Part shown: positions 1 through 9,272 of the stretch, piece by piece
How positions within the stretch are numbered: the first letter of the stretch is position 1
How the letters are laid out: each line of letters opens with the position of its first letter
From: a virus
Lineage: Duplodnaviria > Caudoviricetes
Length of the DNA: 51,755 bases
Strand: one strand, 5' to 3'
Virus record (IMG/VR): IMGVR_UViG_3300042434_000548
Coordinates: 1-51,755 of that record
Notes under the pieces: model-generated
The model's database searches: none
Seen by the model: only the letters and a program-made list of their open reading frames with translations
Told to the model about the DNA's origin: nothing
Position numbers and translations under genes: made by a program

Positions 1-127
1 GGGGTGCTGAACTTTAACGAACGCACATCTGACCGCACCTATACGGCGGTGCAGTTCTCCGATAATGGCGGTATCCCGTTCACGGATATTCAGGTTGCCT
101 ACGGTACGGAGCAGATTAAAAATCGTG
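1..127. repeat. Terminal overlap, identical to 51629-51755 (circular assembly)
   Basis: Exact 127-nt match GGGGTGCTGAAC...AAAAATCGTG at both ends; the reading frame continues across the junction. Confidence 0.97.
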
Positions 128-561
128 TGGCGATTAACCGTCCTGGCGAGTCGCTTATCACGGTGGACGACACCGATTCAATTAACGAATACGGGGCTAT
201 CACGTTCGACATTTCAGATTCGCTACTTGCCGACGATACACAGGCGACCGATCTGGCGACGCTACTCGTGGAGCGTTACGCGCAGCCGACGTTGCGTATC
301 ACGAGGATCGGGGTAGACCTCCGCGCAATAACGGATGGTCAGGTGTCGTCGCTGCTAGACCTAGAACTAGGCGACGTTGTAACGGTCACGCTCACACCTA
401 ACGGTATCGGTGATCCGATCTCGCAGGCGCTCATCATTGACGCTATCGAACACAGCATCGGCGTTTCTCAGCATCGCATGACGTTCGACCTGTCACAGAC
501 CGATCCCGCGTTCGTGCTGGATTCGCTTGTGTGGGGTGTCCTGAATGACGATAAACTATGA
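1..561 (+). CDS. C-terminal part of minor tail (hub/Tal-like) protein that begins at 50396
   Basis: In frame with the ORF from 50396 via the overlap (GKDGVLNFNER...); position between tape measure and fibre; siphovirus tail-like motifs (DSINEYG, LDLELGDVVTV, IEHSI). Confidence 0.85.
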   Translation, partial: GVLNFNERTSDRTYTAVQFSDNGGIPFTDIQVAYGTEQIKNRVAINRPGESLITVDDTDSINEYGAITFDISDSLLADDTQATDLATLLVERYAQPTLRITRIGVDLRAITDGQVSSLLDLELGDVVTVTLTPNGIGDPISQALIIDAIEHSIGVSQHRMTFDLSQTDPAFVLDSLVWGVLNDDKL

Positions 562-587
562 CGACTGATCCACGGAGGTAGGGACTT

Positions 588-2192
588 ATGGCAGGCGCAG
601 GCAAGAAGACCTTTATCGCGGGTGAGGTACTGACCGCTGCCCAGGTCAATGACTACTTGATGGACCAGGCAGTTATGCGGTTCTCTGGGAGTGCGGCGCG
701 CGCGGCTAGCATCACGGTGCCGACTGAGGGCATGACTACCTACCTGGATGACGTGAATCGTCTGGAGTTCTACAACGGGGCGGCATGGGTAGAGGTAGCA
801 GTAGAGTCGTCGGACCTTCGGAATCTGACTACGGCGTCAGCGCAAGTATTCGTAAGCGCCGGGGCGGGATCAGTTGTCGCACTACAACCTGGCGTTGACG
901 GTCAAGTCTTGTCAATTGACGGCACCGCTAGCGTAGGGATCGCTTGGAAAACACCGTCTTCGGGTGGCGATGCTGCCTATCTGCAAGTCGCCGCTAGTGG
1001 GGTCACCGCGCTGCCTAACACATTAGGCGCAGGCTTCTACCAGATTCAGACTTCTGGATCTACCTCATACACAGATACCGAATGGCGGTTCGTGGATGTA
1101 GATGGGCGCCTTTATGGGGCAACAATTACTGCTGGCGCAGGATTTTTCACTCTCCCCGTGGATGCGGCATCACTAAATATCACCACAGGGACATTCCCGT
1201 TCACCGTTCTACTGCAAGAGGTTAAGGGAGTATCTGATACGTTGCTTAATCCTCCCATCGTGAGTGCGTGGAGTTGGAAGGAAATCGGCGGCGGCGACAT
1301 CACTACTACCTTCGACGGGGGCACAGCATCTATCGGTGTATTTAATACCAATACTGGTAAGTTTCAGAATGTCGGCGCGGCAGCGTCCACATTGTCGGGG
1401 GCCAGTATTGCGAGTAGCCTTGTCAATCTTGGTACTTCTCTTAACATTGTGGCGGTTGCCGCTAACGCAGCAGGCGTATGGTCTACCGCATCCGTTACCG
1501 CATCCACCTACTATCCATTTCAGGTATTTACTGGCAATGGAACCTACACGCCTCCACCTTGGTCTACAACGGCTGATGTACTGGTAGTTGCTGGTGGTGG
1601 TGGAGGGCGTACGGGTCCAACAATGACTGAAAGGGAGTCAGGAGCCGGGGCAGGTGGCGCGCAACGCGTTAATGCTATTCCTACTACTGGTTCTGTTGCG
1701 GTTACGGTCGGTGCGGGTGGGTCGGGTCTAAATGGCGACGGATCAAACTCATCCTTTGGTCCGACAACAAGCACGGGTGGCGGTGGGATGGTTATTAGTC
1801 CCGGGGCACCGTCCGTTAACGGGCGGTCGGGAGGCGCTGGTAGCGGAGGTTGTGGTCCTACCGGCGCTGGGGGTGCAGGAATCTCAGGACAAGGCTTCCC
1901 CGGGGGTACTGGCGCAACGCGGACTACTTCTCCAACTGTCTTCGTTAAGGGCGGGGGCGGCGGCGGCGTGGCATCGGCAGGCGAAAACATGGTTGGACCT
2001 GGCACCACCCAGCAAGCAGCCGGGGGTTCGGGAAGCCTTGCGTTTGGGATTTGGGTTTCTCCTGGCGGGACCTCCGGATACAACGTAGCAGCACCCCTAG
2101 GCGGTCCAGGTTACGGCGCTAACGGGTGGGCACCCGCTGCCCAAACGGGTGTAGGTGGCAACGGTATCGTGGTGGTGAAGGCTAATGGGTAA
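588..2192 (+). CDS. Tail fibre / receptor-binding protein with glycine-rich C-terminal domain
   Basis: N-terminal KTFIAGEVLTAAQVNDYLMDQ...PTEGM anchor typical of actinophage fibres; FTGNGTYTPP...VLVVAGGGGG...GGNGIVVV Gly-rich domain; GGAGG upstream. Confidence 0.8.
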   Translation: MAGAGKKTFIAGEVLTAAQVNDYLMDQAVMRFSGSAARAASITVPTEGMTTYLDDVNRLEFYNGAAWVEVAVESSDLRNLTTASAQVFVSAGAGSVVALQPGVDGQVLSIDGTASVGIAWKTPSSGGDAAYLQVAASGVTALPNTLGAGFYQIQTSGSTSYTDTEWRFVDVDGRLYGATITAGAGFFTLPVDAASLNITTGTFPFTVLLQEVKGVSDTLLNPPIVSAWSWKEIGGGDITTTFDGGTASIGVFNTNTGKFQNVGAAASTLSGASIASSLVNLGTSLNIVAVAANAAGVWSTASVTASTYYPFQVFTGNGTYTPPPWSTTADVLVVAGGGGGRTGPTMTERESGAGAGGAQRVNAIPTTGSVAVTVGAGGSGLNGDGSNSSFGPTTSTGGGGMVISPGAPSVNGRSGGAGSGGCGPTGAGGAGISGQGFPGGTGATRTTSPTVFVKGGGGGGVASAGENMVGPGTTQQAAGGSGSLAFGIWVSPGGTSGYNVAAPLGGPGYGANGWAPAAQTGVGGNGIVVVKANG

Positions 2193-2475
2193 GGAACGCC
2201 TATGGGCATTAGTCGATGGAGGTAATGCTTGCGTCATGGTGCAAGTCGCTACGGATGAATGGATTTCGGAGAATCCTAGCGATGATCCTAACTTGCGTTA
2301 TGTTCTGTCGCCTGATGGACCGGGCAGAGCCTCCCCTGGGTACTTACTAGACGAATCAGTCGGGCTATTCGCTGCGCCTAAAGAGTGGTTTCCCGACGAC
2401 TGGTACTTTGACGATGATCCGAATGTTTGGTCGTGGGTAGACCCAAATCCACCGATTCCCCCAACGGGGGAGTAG
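2185..2475 (+). CDS. Small fibre-associated protein
   Basis: Overlaps the fibre stop; acidic and Trp/Pro-rich like proteins commonly following Gly-rich fibres. Confidence 0.6.
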   Translation: MGKERLWALVDGGNACVMVQVATDEWISENPSDDPNLRYVLSPDGPGRASPGYLLDESVGLFAAPKEWFPDDWYFDDDPNVWSWVDPNPPIPPTGE

Positions 2476-2505
2476 TATCCATCTAAGCCGATCAAAAGAG
2501 GGGTT

Positions 2506-3066
2506 ATGAGGCTTAGGAATAGAGATAATCTGCTCGCCGGTGTCATCGAAGTGTTTGATGATGCTATCTCGAACACCGAGGAGATAACTGCCTATCTAAA
2601 GCGTAAAGATTCATGGAATCCAGCGCGTATCGGCGTGGGGGAGGGTGAGGCGATACTTGAGAAGCGTAACAATAAGGTTACCTTCTTTGATCCGCTTGCC
2701 TTCACGTGCCCCGATGTTCTGCGAAAGTTTGCAGGGACCGTTTGGAACTATTTGGATGATTACGCTAAACGCTATGACGTTACCTTTATGGGCATGGAGA
2801 ACGTGAATGTCAATCGGTATGAGCCTGGGGAATACTATGTTGCTCATGCCGATGATGGGATTGGTCAAAGCCGCATTATCTCTGCGCTTGTTTATCTAAA
2901 TAATGTTGAGGAAGGCGGGCAAACGGAGTTCATCTACCAGAATGTTTCCGTGTACCCGAAGGCGGGACGGCTGGTGATCTTCCCGTCAAACTATGCTTAT
3001 TCTCACGCGGCACATCCCCCAACTAGCGGGGTCAAATACTCTGCGGCGTTTTGGACGGTGAAGTGA
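2506..3066 (+). CDS. 2OG-Fe(II) oxygenase (prolyl 4-hydroxylase-like)
   Basis: RYEPGEYYVAHAD (HxD), ISALVYLNNVEEGGQTEF, GRLVIFPSN...H...P..SG.KY motifs. Confidence 0.9.
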   Translation: MRLRNRDNLLAGVIEVFDDAISNTEEITAYLKRKDSWNPARIGVGEGEAILEKRNNKVTFFDPLAFTCPDVLRKFAGTVWNYLDDYAKRYDVTFMGMENVNVNRYEPGEYYVAHADDGIGQSRIISALVYLNNVEEGGQTEFIYQNVSVYPKAGRLVIFPSNYAYSHAAHPPTSGVKYSAAFWTVK

Positions 3067-3551
3067 TGGAGCCTTTCATTCTGCGAGAAACATTCCCGCC
3101 TGACTCGCGTGAGCGTCTACTTAGGGATTGCGATCTACTAAAGAGGCGCGGAGACATAAGTCCCGATCCTGAGATGGGCCGACACATCTCTAACAGTCCA
3201 AGGCTCTACGCCTACTCGGAGCATCTGCTTCCGCTAGTGCGCAAGGTATTCCAAGATGACAGCATCCTCCCGTCGTACAACTGTTGGGCTGACTATCGCA
3301 GCGTAGATTCGCGCCTACCCGCACACAAGGATTCTAACGCTTGCACGTTCACGGTCGATTATTGTGTGCAACAGCACGAGCCGTGGCCTCTCTACGTCGA
3401 AGGCAAGGAATACATCCTGCAAGAGAATCAGTCACTCGTGTTTATGGGTGAGGATCAAGAGCATTGGCGTCCCGCGTTTAAGCCGGGGAACATGGTCGAA
3501 ATGATCTTCTTCCACTTTGTGCGCCCGGATCATTGGTACTTCACAGACTGA
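3066..3551 (+). CDS. Second 2OG-Fe(II) oxygenase-fold protein
   Basis: LPAHKDSNACTFTVDY (HxD), WPLYVEG, GEDQEHWRP, IFFHFV; TGATG coupling to the previous gene. Confidence 0.75.
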   Translation: MEPFILRETFPPDSRERLLRDCDLLKRRGDISPDPEMGRHISNSPRLYAYSEHLLPLVRKVFQDDSILPSYNCWADYRSVDSRLPAHKDSNACTFTVDYCVQQHEPWPLYVEGKEYILQENQSLVFMGEDQEHWRPAFKPGNMVEMIFFHFVRPDHWYFTD

Positions 3552-4222
3552 TGCGCATCGCCGTCGTTACCGCGTTGTTCGGCGCATACGATCCACTCTC
3601 CGCACCGCCCGATGGTTTCGATGACGCCGTGTGCGTAACCGATTCGGCAGACGGTATGCATGACGGGTGGCGCACCATAGTGGAACCGCTATCGGATGAT
3701 CCGCGTTTGGATGGTAAGCGTGCGAAGATGCAGCCGTGGCGTTACACGGATTGTGATGCGGCTATCTTCCTAGACGCAAGCATCGAAGTAACGTCACCTG
3801 ACCTACGGACATGGGTAGAGCCGATGCTGACGGCGCACGATCTTGTCGTTTGGTCACATCCGGAAGGTCGAACGTGTTACCGGGATGAGGCGGCGGTCTG
3901 TTGGGACTGGCCCAAATACTCCCGTTACGATATGCGCGGTCAGATAGATGCCTACGCTGCTGATGGGATGCCCGATAAGTGGGGGCTGTTCGCGTGCGGC
4001 ATGATCGGGTGGCGGTTCACGGATGAGGCTAAGGCGTTCGGGGATGCGTGGCTAGCAGAACAGTCCCGCTGGTCATGCCAGGATCAGGTCAGCCTGCCGT
4101 ACCTACTCTGGCGGGAGGGCAAGCCGTTCGGCATCTGGCCTGCGAACCAGTACCAGAACCCCCACATTCGCGTGAGGTGGGATCGCCGCCCAGTCGGGAA
4201 CGGCCCGTCAGCCCCAAAGTAG
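3551..4222 (+). CDS. Glycosyltransferase, DUF616/MUCI70-like
   Basis: VVTALFGAYD, VCVTD, KMQPW, IFLDAS, HPEGRTCYRDEA, DQVSLPYLLW motifs; TGATG coupling. Confidence 0.75.
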   Translation: MRIAVVTALFGAYDPLSAPPDGFDDAVCVTDSADGMHDGWRTIVEPLSDDPRLDGKRAKMQPWRYTDCDAAIFLDASIEVTSPDLRTWVEPMLTAHDLVVWSHPEGRTCYRDEAAVCWDWPKYSRYDMRGQIDAYAADGMPDKWGLFACGMIGWRFTDEAKAFGDAWLAEQSRWSCQDQVSLPYLLWREGKPFGIWPANQYQNPHIRVRWDRRPVGNGPSAPK

Positions 4223-4861
4223 ATGATCGGGGTGCTTATGCCCCCAATGATGCGCACACAAACTATCGGGATGCGGCTCACCCCACGGCGTATCAGTCCA
4301 CGGGTTACAGAACCTAGCAGGCAGCACAGGTGTGTCCGGGTACTGTTGTTCCTTAATCCGGGTCAACAGTTTGGGTCCGGTTTGCCAGTCAATGCTGCGT
4401 GTCTCTGTAGCGATGTTGCCGGGGATAGCGTCAATGACCGCGCGGATAAGCGGCTGCTGCGGGGCGCTCATCATCCAAGCGTTAGAGATCAGCCAATCGT
4501 CAATCTCATTCGCTAACAGTATGTCCATCTGTGTGAACTCATCGGGGATGGGGCGTAGAGGTTCCATATCCGTGTTCACATACAAACCGCCATAACGGTA
4601 AAGCAGTTCATAGCCCAACAAGTCTGCTTGCGCTACCTGAATGATGCTGGTTGTTTTTGCCGCTCCCGCGATGGGCGTCCACTCCATACCGCAGTTCACG
4701 AACAACGATTCGTTAATGAGTGGTGGGCGGTTGTCGTAACCCCATTCGATCACGCGCCATTCGGGGTTCAGTTCCTTCCACCGCTCCCCGTACTGAATGT
4801 ACTCGTTGGGCATTTCGCGTGGCCCAAACCATGCGCGGTGTATCAGTTTGGGGATCGCCAT
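4208..4861 (-). CDS. Glycosyltransferase GT32 (Och1/DxD sugar-binding family)
   Basis: IPKLIHRAWFG, W.ELNPEW, ADLLGYELLYRYGGLYVNTDMEPLRP, TGPKLLT. Confidence 0.9.
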   Translation of the reverse strand: MAIPKLIHRAWFGPREMPNEYIQYGERWKELNPEWRVIEWGYDNRPPLINESLFVNCGMEWTPIAGAAKTTSIIQVAQADLLGYELLYRYGGLYVNTDMEPLRPIPDEFTQMDILLANEIDDWLISNAWMMSAPQQPLIRAVIDAIPGNIATETRSIDWQTGPKLLTRIKEQQYPDTPVLPARFCNPWTDTPWGEPHPDSLCAHHWGHKHPDHLLWG

Positions 4862-5859
4862 GTGACGCCCTCATTCTCACGGAACCAGTTAACGGTACGT
4901 TCGATGCCTTCCGCGAGCGGCATAAACGCATCCGGCGTCACACCGATCAGATGCAGAGTCTCCACATTTGCGGATACGACTGTGCCCAACTGCTTGACGG
5001 CACGGTTCACGGCGATGCTATCTAGCGCAGGCATCGCTTCCATCACGGCATCCTGCACGACCTTGACCCGCTGCGGGGTAGACAAGGGACCGCCTTCCGG
5101 TTCCCCGGCACGCATCGGCACAGATTCGATAACGGCTGTGGGGATGAAACGCTGTACCGCGTGCGCCACATCCAACACGCGTAACGGTTCACGGTTGCCT
5201 ACGTCAATCGGATGCGCAGGCACTACATCGTCGCTAGCGGCTTCCAGAGCCGACACGAACACGGCTGCCACATCACCTACCCATACGGTGTCGCTGTACT
5301 GCGTACCGCCTCCGTAGAGCCGCATAGGGTCACCTGAGAGCGCGGAGCATACAAACGAGGGCACGATCTTGCGTACCTTGCTAGGACCGTAGGGGGCGGG
5401 TGCCGACTGGCGTGGCCCGTAAGCGTTCATCGGGCGCACCGCTGTAACGCGCAGCCCCCGATCCTCCCGGTACATCTTCACGAACTCTTCCCCGCACGCC
5501 TTAGTAAGACAGTAGGTGCCGCGCCCAATACCTGAGTTCCCTACCGCTGCGAACACCACGGGCAGGTTGTAACGGCTAGCGGCCTCAAAAACGTTAAGGG
5601 TGCCGATGATGTTTGTCTCTGCTGCGGGTCGCGGGTTGTCGATAGTCTCCGCAGTACCCAACACAGCCGCTAGATGAATGATGCCGTCTACATGCGCTGC
5701 GAGTTCATGCACGATTGTTTCGTCGCGCACATCACCCAACAGAGTGTTAACGCCACGGGACTTGTGATCCAAGATCAGCGCCTTGTGACCGCGCCTATGC
5801 AATTCGTCCTGAATCCAACTGCCAATGAATCCGTTACCGCCTGTGATGCCTACGATCAC
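4843..5859 (-). CDS. NAD-dependent NDP-sugar epimerase/dehydratase
   Basis: ITGGNGFIGS Rossmann motif, IIHLAAV, YCLTK (YxxxK), RPMNAYGPRQ. Confidence 0.92.
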   Translation of the reverse strand: MIVGITGGNGFIGSWIQDELHRRGHKALILDHKSRGVNTLLGDVRDETIVHELAAHVDGIIHLAAVLGTAETIDNPRPAAETNIIGTLNVFEAASRYNLPVVFAAVGNSGIGRGTYCLTKACGEEFVKMYREDRGLRVTAVRPMNAYGPRQSAPAPYGPSKVRKIVPSFVCSALSGDPMRLYGGGTQYSDTVWVGDVAAVFVSALEAASDDVVPAHPIDVGNREPLRVLDVAHAVQRFIPTAVIESVPMRAGEPEGGPLSTPQRVKVVQDAVMEAMPALDSIAVNRAVKQLGTVVSANVETLHLIGVTPDAFMPLAEGIERTVNWFRENEGVTWRSPN

Positions 5860-6491
5860 CGCATACCCCTAACGTTGCGTTCTGCTGCTTCCATATCCGT
5901 GTGTAGTGTGATGTTGTCTCCGTGGATGACGTACTCATAGTCGATATCGGGGGATGCGTGGAAGCGCGCCCCGTTTCTGGCGGCGTCGATCCAAAACATC
6001 CAATCTTCACAGACCATATCCCGGTATGGTGACCGCTCCCAGACCCAACGCCGGAACGGAGAACCAGAGAACACTAGGTTGTGTGGGGATTTGAGTATGT
6101 CGGCGCGGGTTGCGTGACGCGCTGGCAACCATTGCCCCGACAATTGGATACCGAACATGTAAACATCCGCGTCCGTGCGGTCTAGGTTGTTGAGCGCGTG
6201 CGGAAAAATCACATCATCTATGTCCATCTTGCACACCCACTCCGTGTTAACGGAAGCGATAGCCTCATTCACTAACACCTGAGGGTGATTAACGAATGTT
6301 CCATGTGCCTGCTTAAACACGACGCTAGATAGGTACACATCTCCTAGCGTGGCTATTGCTGACGGCACATCATCGGTCACGATCATTACCCGGTCGGGTT
6401 GCCGCTCTAGCATGGTGACGGCACGCATCCACCTAGGCAGGAACGCACGGTACTTATCTCCGTAAGCGACGGCTACTAGGCCGATGCTCAC
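5856..6491 (-). CDS. GT-A (GT2-like) glycosyltransferase
   Basis: EWVCKMDIDDVIFP (DxD), EDWMFW motif; GTGA coupling at start. Confidence 0.8.
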   Translation of the reverse strand: MSIGLVAVAYGDKYRAFLPRWMRAVTMLERQPDRVMIVTDDVPSAIATLGDVYLSSVVFKQAHGTFVNHPQVLVNEAIASVNTEWVCKMDIDDVIFPHALNNLDRTDADVYMFGIQLSGQWLPARHATRADILKSPHNLVFSGSPFRRWVWERSPYRDMVCEDWMFWIDAARNGARFHASPDIDYEYVIHGDNITLHTDMEAAERNVRGMR

Positions 6492-6733
6492 AGCGCGTCC
6501 CACGTTTTGCGGTCGATAACCCCGGTCACATTGATCCCCTTACTATCCTGAAACTGGCGCACCGCTAAAGCCACCGCGTGACGATAACGCCCATCTAGTG
6601 GACCGTCGTACACTCCGTGTTGCGCTAGCCGTGACTGCGCCCACAGCACAAGCATCCCCCGGTCCTCTGTGTCCAGGGTGTGTCTGTAGTCGGGGCGGTC
6701 TTTCGGCGCGCTGCTACCACTTGTGTGTGTCAT
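6488..6733 (-). CDS. Stand-alone peptidoglycan-binding domain protein
   Basis: QSRLAQHG.YDGPLDGRY...AVRQFQDSKGINVTGVIDRKTW = PG_binding_1 signature; start taken at MTHT. Confidence 0.8.
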   Translation of the reverse strand: MTHTSGSSAPKDRPDYRHTLDTEDRGMLVLWAQSRLAQHGVYDGPLDGRYRHAVALAVRQFQDSKGINVTGVIDRKTWDAL

Positions 6734-6818
6734 TAGTTTGCGTGAACCCTTACGCATATCCGGTATCCTAATGGTGCGAAGCGTGATAACTGAATGATGC
6801 CACCCGCACGGAGGAAAC

Positions 6819-7085
6819 ATGCCATACGAAACGCCGGATTGGGTGGCGATTGTCAGGGATGCCGCAATAGTTCTCGCGTTCCTTGTCGCACTCATCGCCG
6901 CGCTAACGGCTGTGGGCAAGTTTTTTATCGTCAAACCACTTGAGCGTTACATAGATGAGCGCACGCCCCGTAACGGCGGGAAGTCTTTGGGTGAACTGCA
7001 CACGAAGGTAGACACGTTAGGGGAACGCATCGCGCGTATCGAAGGGGAAATAACTCGTTTGGATGACGAACTTGACTCCCTCTAA
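6819..7085 (+). CDS. Membrane protein with coiled-coil tail (lysis cassette)
   Basis: One TM helix, RNGGKSL motif, coiled C-terminus; GGAGG RBS. Confidence 0.7.
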   Translation: MPYETPDWVAIVRDAAIVLAFLVALIAALTAVGKFFIVKPLERYIDERTPRNGGKSLGELHTKVDTLGERIARIEGEITRLDDELDSL

Positions 7086-7362
7086 AAAGCCGTCGTGGAA
7101 ACTGCGCAGGCGCGCAGTATTCGGGAGCATGGTTTTCGGTGTCGCAATCATCGTCTATGTGGCGTTCCGGTGGGATGACACATCACTCGCACAAACGTTA
7201 GCGTTGGGTGGGTTTGGTTTGATCGGCGCTGTTGTCGCGGCATATGTCGGGGGTGCCGCGTATGAGGATGTGAGAAACTATCAGACAGACGCCGCATACC
7301 TGAGCGGCGAACCTGAGATAACAGATTACGGCTTGGAGGGCGAAGATTATGTGGAGCGGTAA
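7063..7362 (+). CDS. Two-TM membrane protein, holin-like
   Basis: SWKLRRR followed by two hydrophobic helices; located in the lysis cassette. Confidence 0.65.
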   Translation: MTNLTPSKKPSWKLRRRAVFGSMVFGVAIIVYVAFRWDDTSLAQTLALGGFGLIGAVVAAYVGGAAYEDVRNYQTDAAYLSGEPEITDYGLEGEDYVER

Positions 7363-7588
7363 GTGGTGGATGCTCGCCACAGAGAGGGCCGCTAAGACGG
7401 CTGCGCAGATCGTCCTCACTATCGGTGCAGGCAACGCGTTTAACCTGTTCACGGCTGATCTACAGTCCATCATTGGGCTTGCGTTGGGTGGCGCTGTCCT
7501 GTCCTACGCAACGTCGATTGTGTCTAGTGAGATCACGAAGAGCGACGATCCGACTCTGCTGCCTAAGTCTGTGCGGGATGAGCCGTGA
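7349..7588 (+). CDS. Holin, r1t-like family
   Basis: ATERAAKTAAQ ... ALGGAVLSYATSI signature; directly upstream of the endolysin. Confidence 0.85.
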   Translation: MWSGKWWMLATERAAKTAAQIVLTIGAGNAFNLFTADLQSIIGLALGGAVLSYATSIVSSEITKSDDPTLLPKSVRDEP

Positions 7589-8412
7589 GCGGCATATGGC
7601 TTAAAGACCTTGCCGACATTTTGCGCAAGGCTAACGTTCCCGTTATCGAAGAGTCTTACAACCGTGGCCCGTATGCGGGTAAGTCGTGGAAGCAGGTCGG
7701 GTTTAACGGTCAAGGCTACAGGCAGTTCCGTTACATTCTCTGGCATCACGACGCTAGCCCCGCGAATCAGGATTCGCCCGGTGCGCTTGAGTGGATGAAA
7801 TACATGGACATTGCCCCGGCAGGCGCGATATGGGTTTGCTCCGGGTGCAACGGTAAGCACGCATCGGGGACTTGGCATTTGATCGCCGCTGGTTTGTCGA
7901 ACCATGCAGGCACCGGGGGTTACGACCCGCGCAAGGGCGGCAACACTTGGAGCGTTCCGAAAGATGGGATGAACGCGGTGAGCCTAGGCATCGAAACAGA
8001 CCACACCTATAACGAGTCGTGGAAGGGTCGCAAAAAGCAGGCGCAACTTAACTCCCTGCGCAGGGGAACAGCCGCGATCATGCTGGCCTACAACATTGAC
8101 CCTAAGCCCGGATTGCTCCGGCACTTGGATTGGACGAACGGACTGATCGACGGTAACGGCAAGTTCACTACCTACGGTCGCAAAAACGATATCGACGGCT
8201 TAGACCTTGCCGACGAACGCGCAACCGTTAAGCGCATCATCGGTGAACTCCGCAAGGGCACAGAGTCACCGAAACTCCGCGCCACCCGCAGACAACTCGC
8301 ACGCACACAGACAGCGGCACAAGACCGCAAAGAGGCTGGCGAGTCCATCGCCGGATACCCAACGTTCATCCGTAAACTGCGAGACAGGATCACCCGACTC
8401 ACAAAGGGGTAA
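7585..8412 (+). CDS. Endolysin, N-acetylmuramoyl-L-alanine amidase (amidase_2-like)
   Basis: WLKDLADILR, ILWHHDAS, AAGLSNHAG, SLGIE, LRHLDW, RKND zinc-amidase motifs; basic helical C-terminus. Confidence 0.85.
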   Translation: MSGIWLKDLADILRKANVPVIEESYNRGPYAGKSWKQVGFNGQGYRQFRYILWHHDASPANQDSPGALEWMKYMDIAPAGAIWVCSGCNGKHASGTWHLIAAGLSNHAGTGGYDPRKGGNTWSVPKDGMNAVSLGIETDHTYNESWKGRKKQAQLNSLRRGTAAIMLAYNIDPKPGLLRHLDWTNGLIDGNGKFTTYGRKNDIDGLDLADERATVKRIIGELRKGTESPKLRATRRQLARTQTAAQDRKEAGESIAGYPTFIRKLRDRITRLTKG

Positions 8413-8417
8413 CCCCG

Positions 8418-8663
8418 ATGCCGTCACTCGCAGACGCACTATCAGCAGCCATACCAAACAAAGGTGGACCCTCATGCCACCTATGCGACGTAATAACAGA
8501 CCTGCCTAACGCCGACAAGGAAGCGTTAAACGCAGCCATGAATGATCGCCGCATGACAGCCACCATGATCACAAAAGCACTAACAGATAGCGGCTATGAT
8601 GTAGGCGTAGCAAGCGTACGACGCCACAGACGCGGCGAGTGCGCTGCACAGAACGTGGGATGA
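8418..8663 (+). CDS. Small HTH/Zn-binding protein
   Basis: CHLC...ITKALTDSGYDVGVASVRRHRRGEC pattern seen in actinophage DNA-binding proteins. Confidence 0.65.
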   Translation: MPSLADALSAAIPNKGGPSCHLCDVITDLPNADKEALNAAMNDRRMTATMITKALTDSGYDVGVASVRRHRRGECAAQNVG

Positions 8664-8788
8664 CGCGCGCCCCACACAGGCGGGGAGCGGGACGCGAGTG
8701 CGCCCCTCTCTCAACTCCCCTCCCCGCCACCCCACCACACGTTAAAACCAACTAACCGGACGCGTTAAAAAAGGGCACAGGGGCGGCA

Positions 8789-8801
8789 GTATCCTAGAAA
8801 C
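8789..8801 (+). promoter_or_regulatory. Leaderless -10 promoter (TATCCT-N6-ATG)
   Basis: TAnnnT hexamer 6 nt before ATG 8802. Confidence 0.5.
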
Positions 8802-9083
8802 ATGCAGACCGAAGGGCCACACCCCATGAGCGAAACAGCATCGGTCAAAACAGAGGATCAGATCGAAGCCGCCGTACTCGCCTACCTCCGCGACGTATAC
8901 GAAGACCCCGCAATCATCACCGGGTGGGTTGTGATCGCTGAGTTCGTGGACTCTAAGGGGATACCTGACCTGCACGCGTTCGCCACAACAGGTATGCCCT
9001 ACTGGAAGATTAACGGCATGTTGGATGCGGCCCCGTCAGAAATCGCCTACACCTATGACGATGACGATGAGGACGATGACTGA
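8802..9083 (+). CDS. Hypothetical protein
   Basis: ORF with ITGWVVIAE...GMPYWKINGML motif and acidic tail. Confidence 0.7.
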   Translation: MQTEGPHPMSETASVKTEDQIEAAVLAYLRDVYEDPAIITGWVVIAEFVDSKGIPDLHAFATTGMPYWKINGMLDAAPSEIAYTYDDDDEDDD

Positions 9084-9255
9084 GATCGCGTCCCTGAGCC
9101 GTGACCTTGACCGCCTCATCCGGGTAGTCGGAGAAATGAAACAAGCCGACTTGGATACGTTGGAAGGCGTGTTAGAGCGTGGCCTGATTCATGTGATGGT
9201 GGAACGTCAATTGCGGGTGCATACAGGCGTGTCTGCGTTGCGTCCGGTGTCCTGA
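9076..9255 (+). CDS. Hypothetical protein
   Basis: GAGGA RBS; overlaps previous stop. Confidence 0.5.
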   Translation: MTEIASLSRDLDRLIRVVGEMKQADLDTLEGVLERGLIHVMVERQLRVHTGVSALRPVS

Positions 9256-9272
9256 CTGACAGACTTACGCGC

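Noticed and set aside
1-127. Terminal direct repeat as a biological genome end
   Set aside because: It is exactly 127 nt (a common assembler k-mer) and falls mid-gene, so it indicates circular assembly rather than physical termini.
588-2192. Diversity-generating retroelement or invertible fibre locus
   Set aside because: No reverse transcriptase, invertase or template/variable repeat pair was seen.
8664-8790. tRNA or structured ncRNA in this intergenic gap
   Set aside because: Only a GGCGGGGAG/CTCCCCGCC stem is evident; no cloverleaf or T-loop. Probably a terminator-like hairpin.
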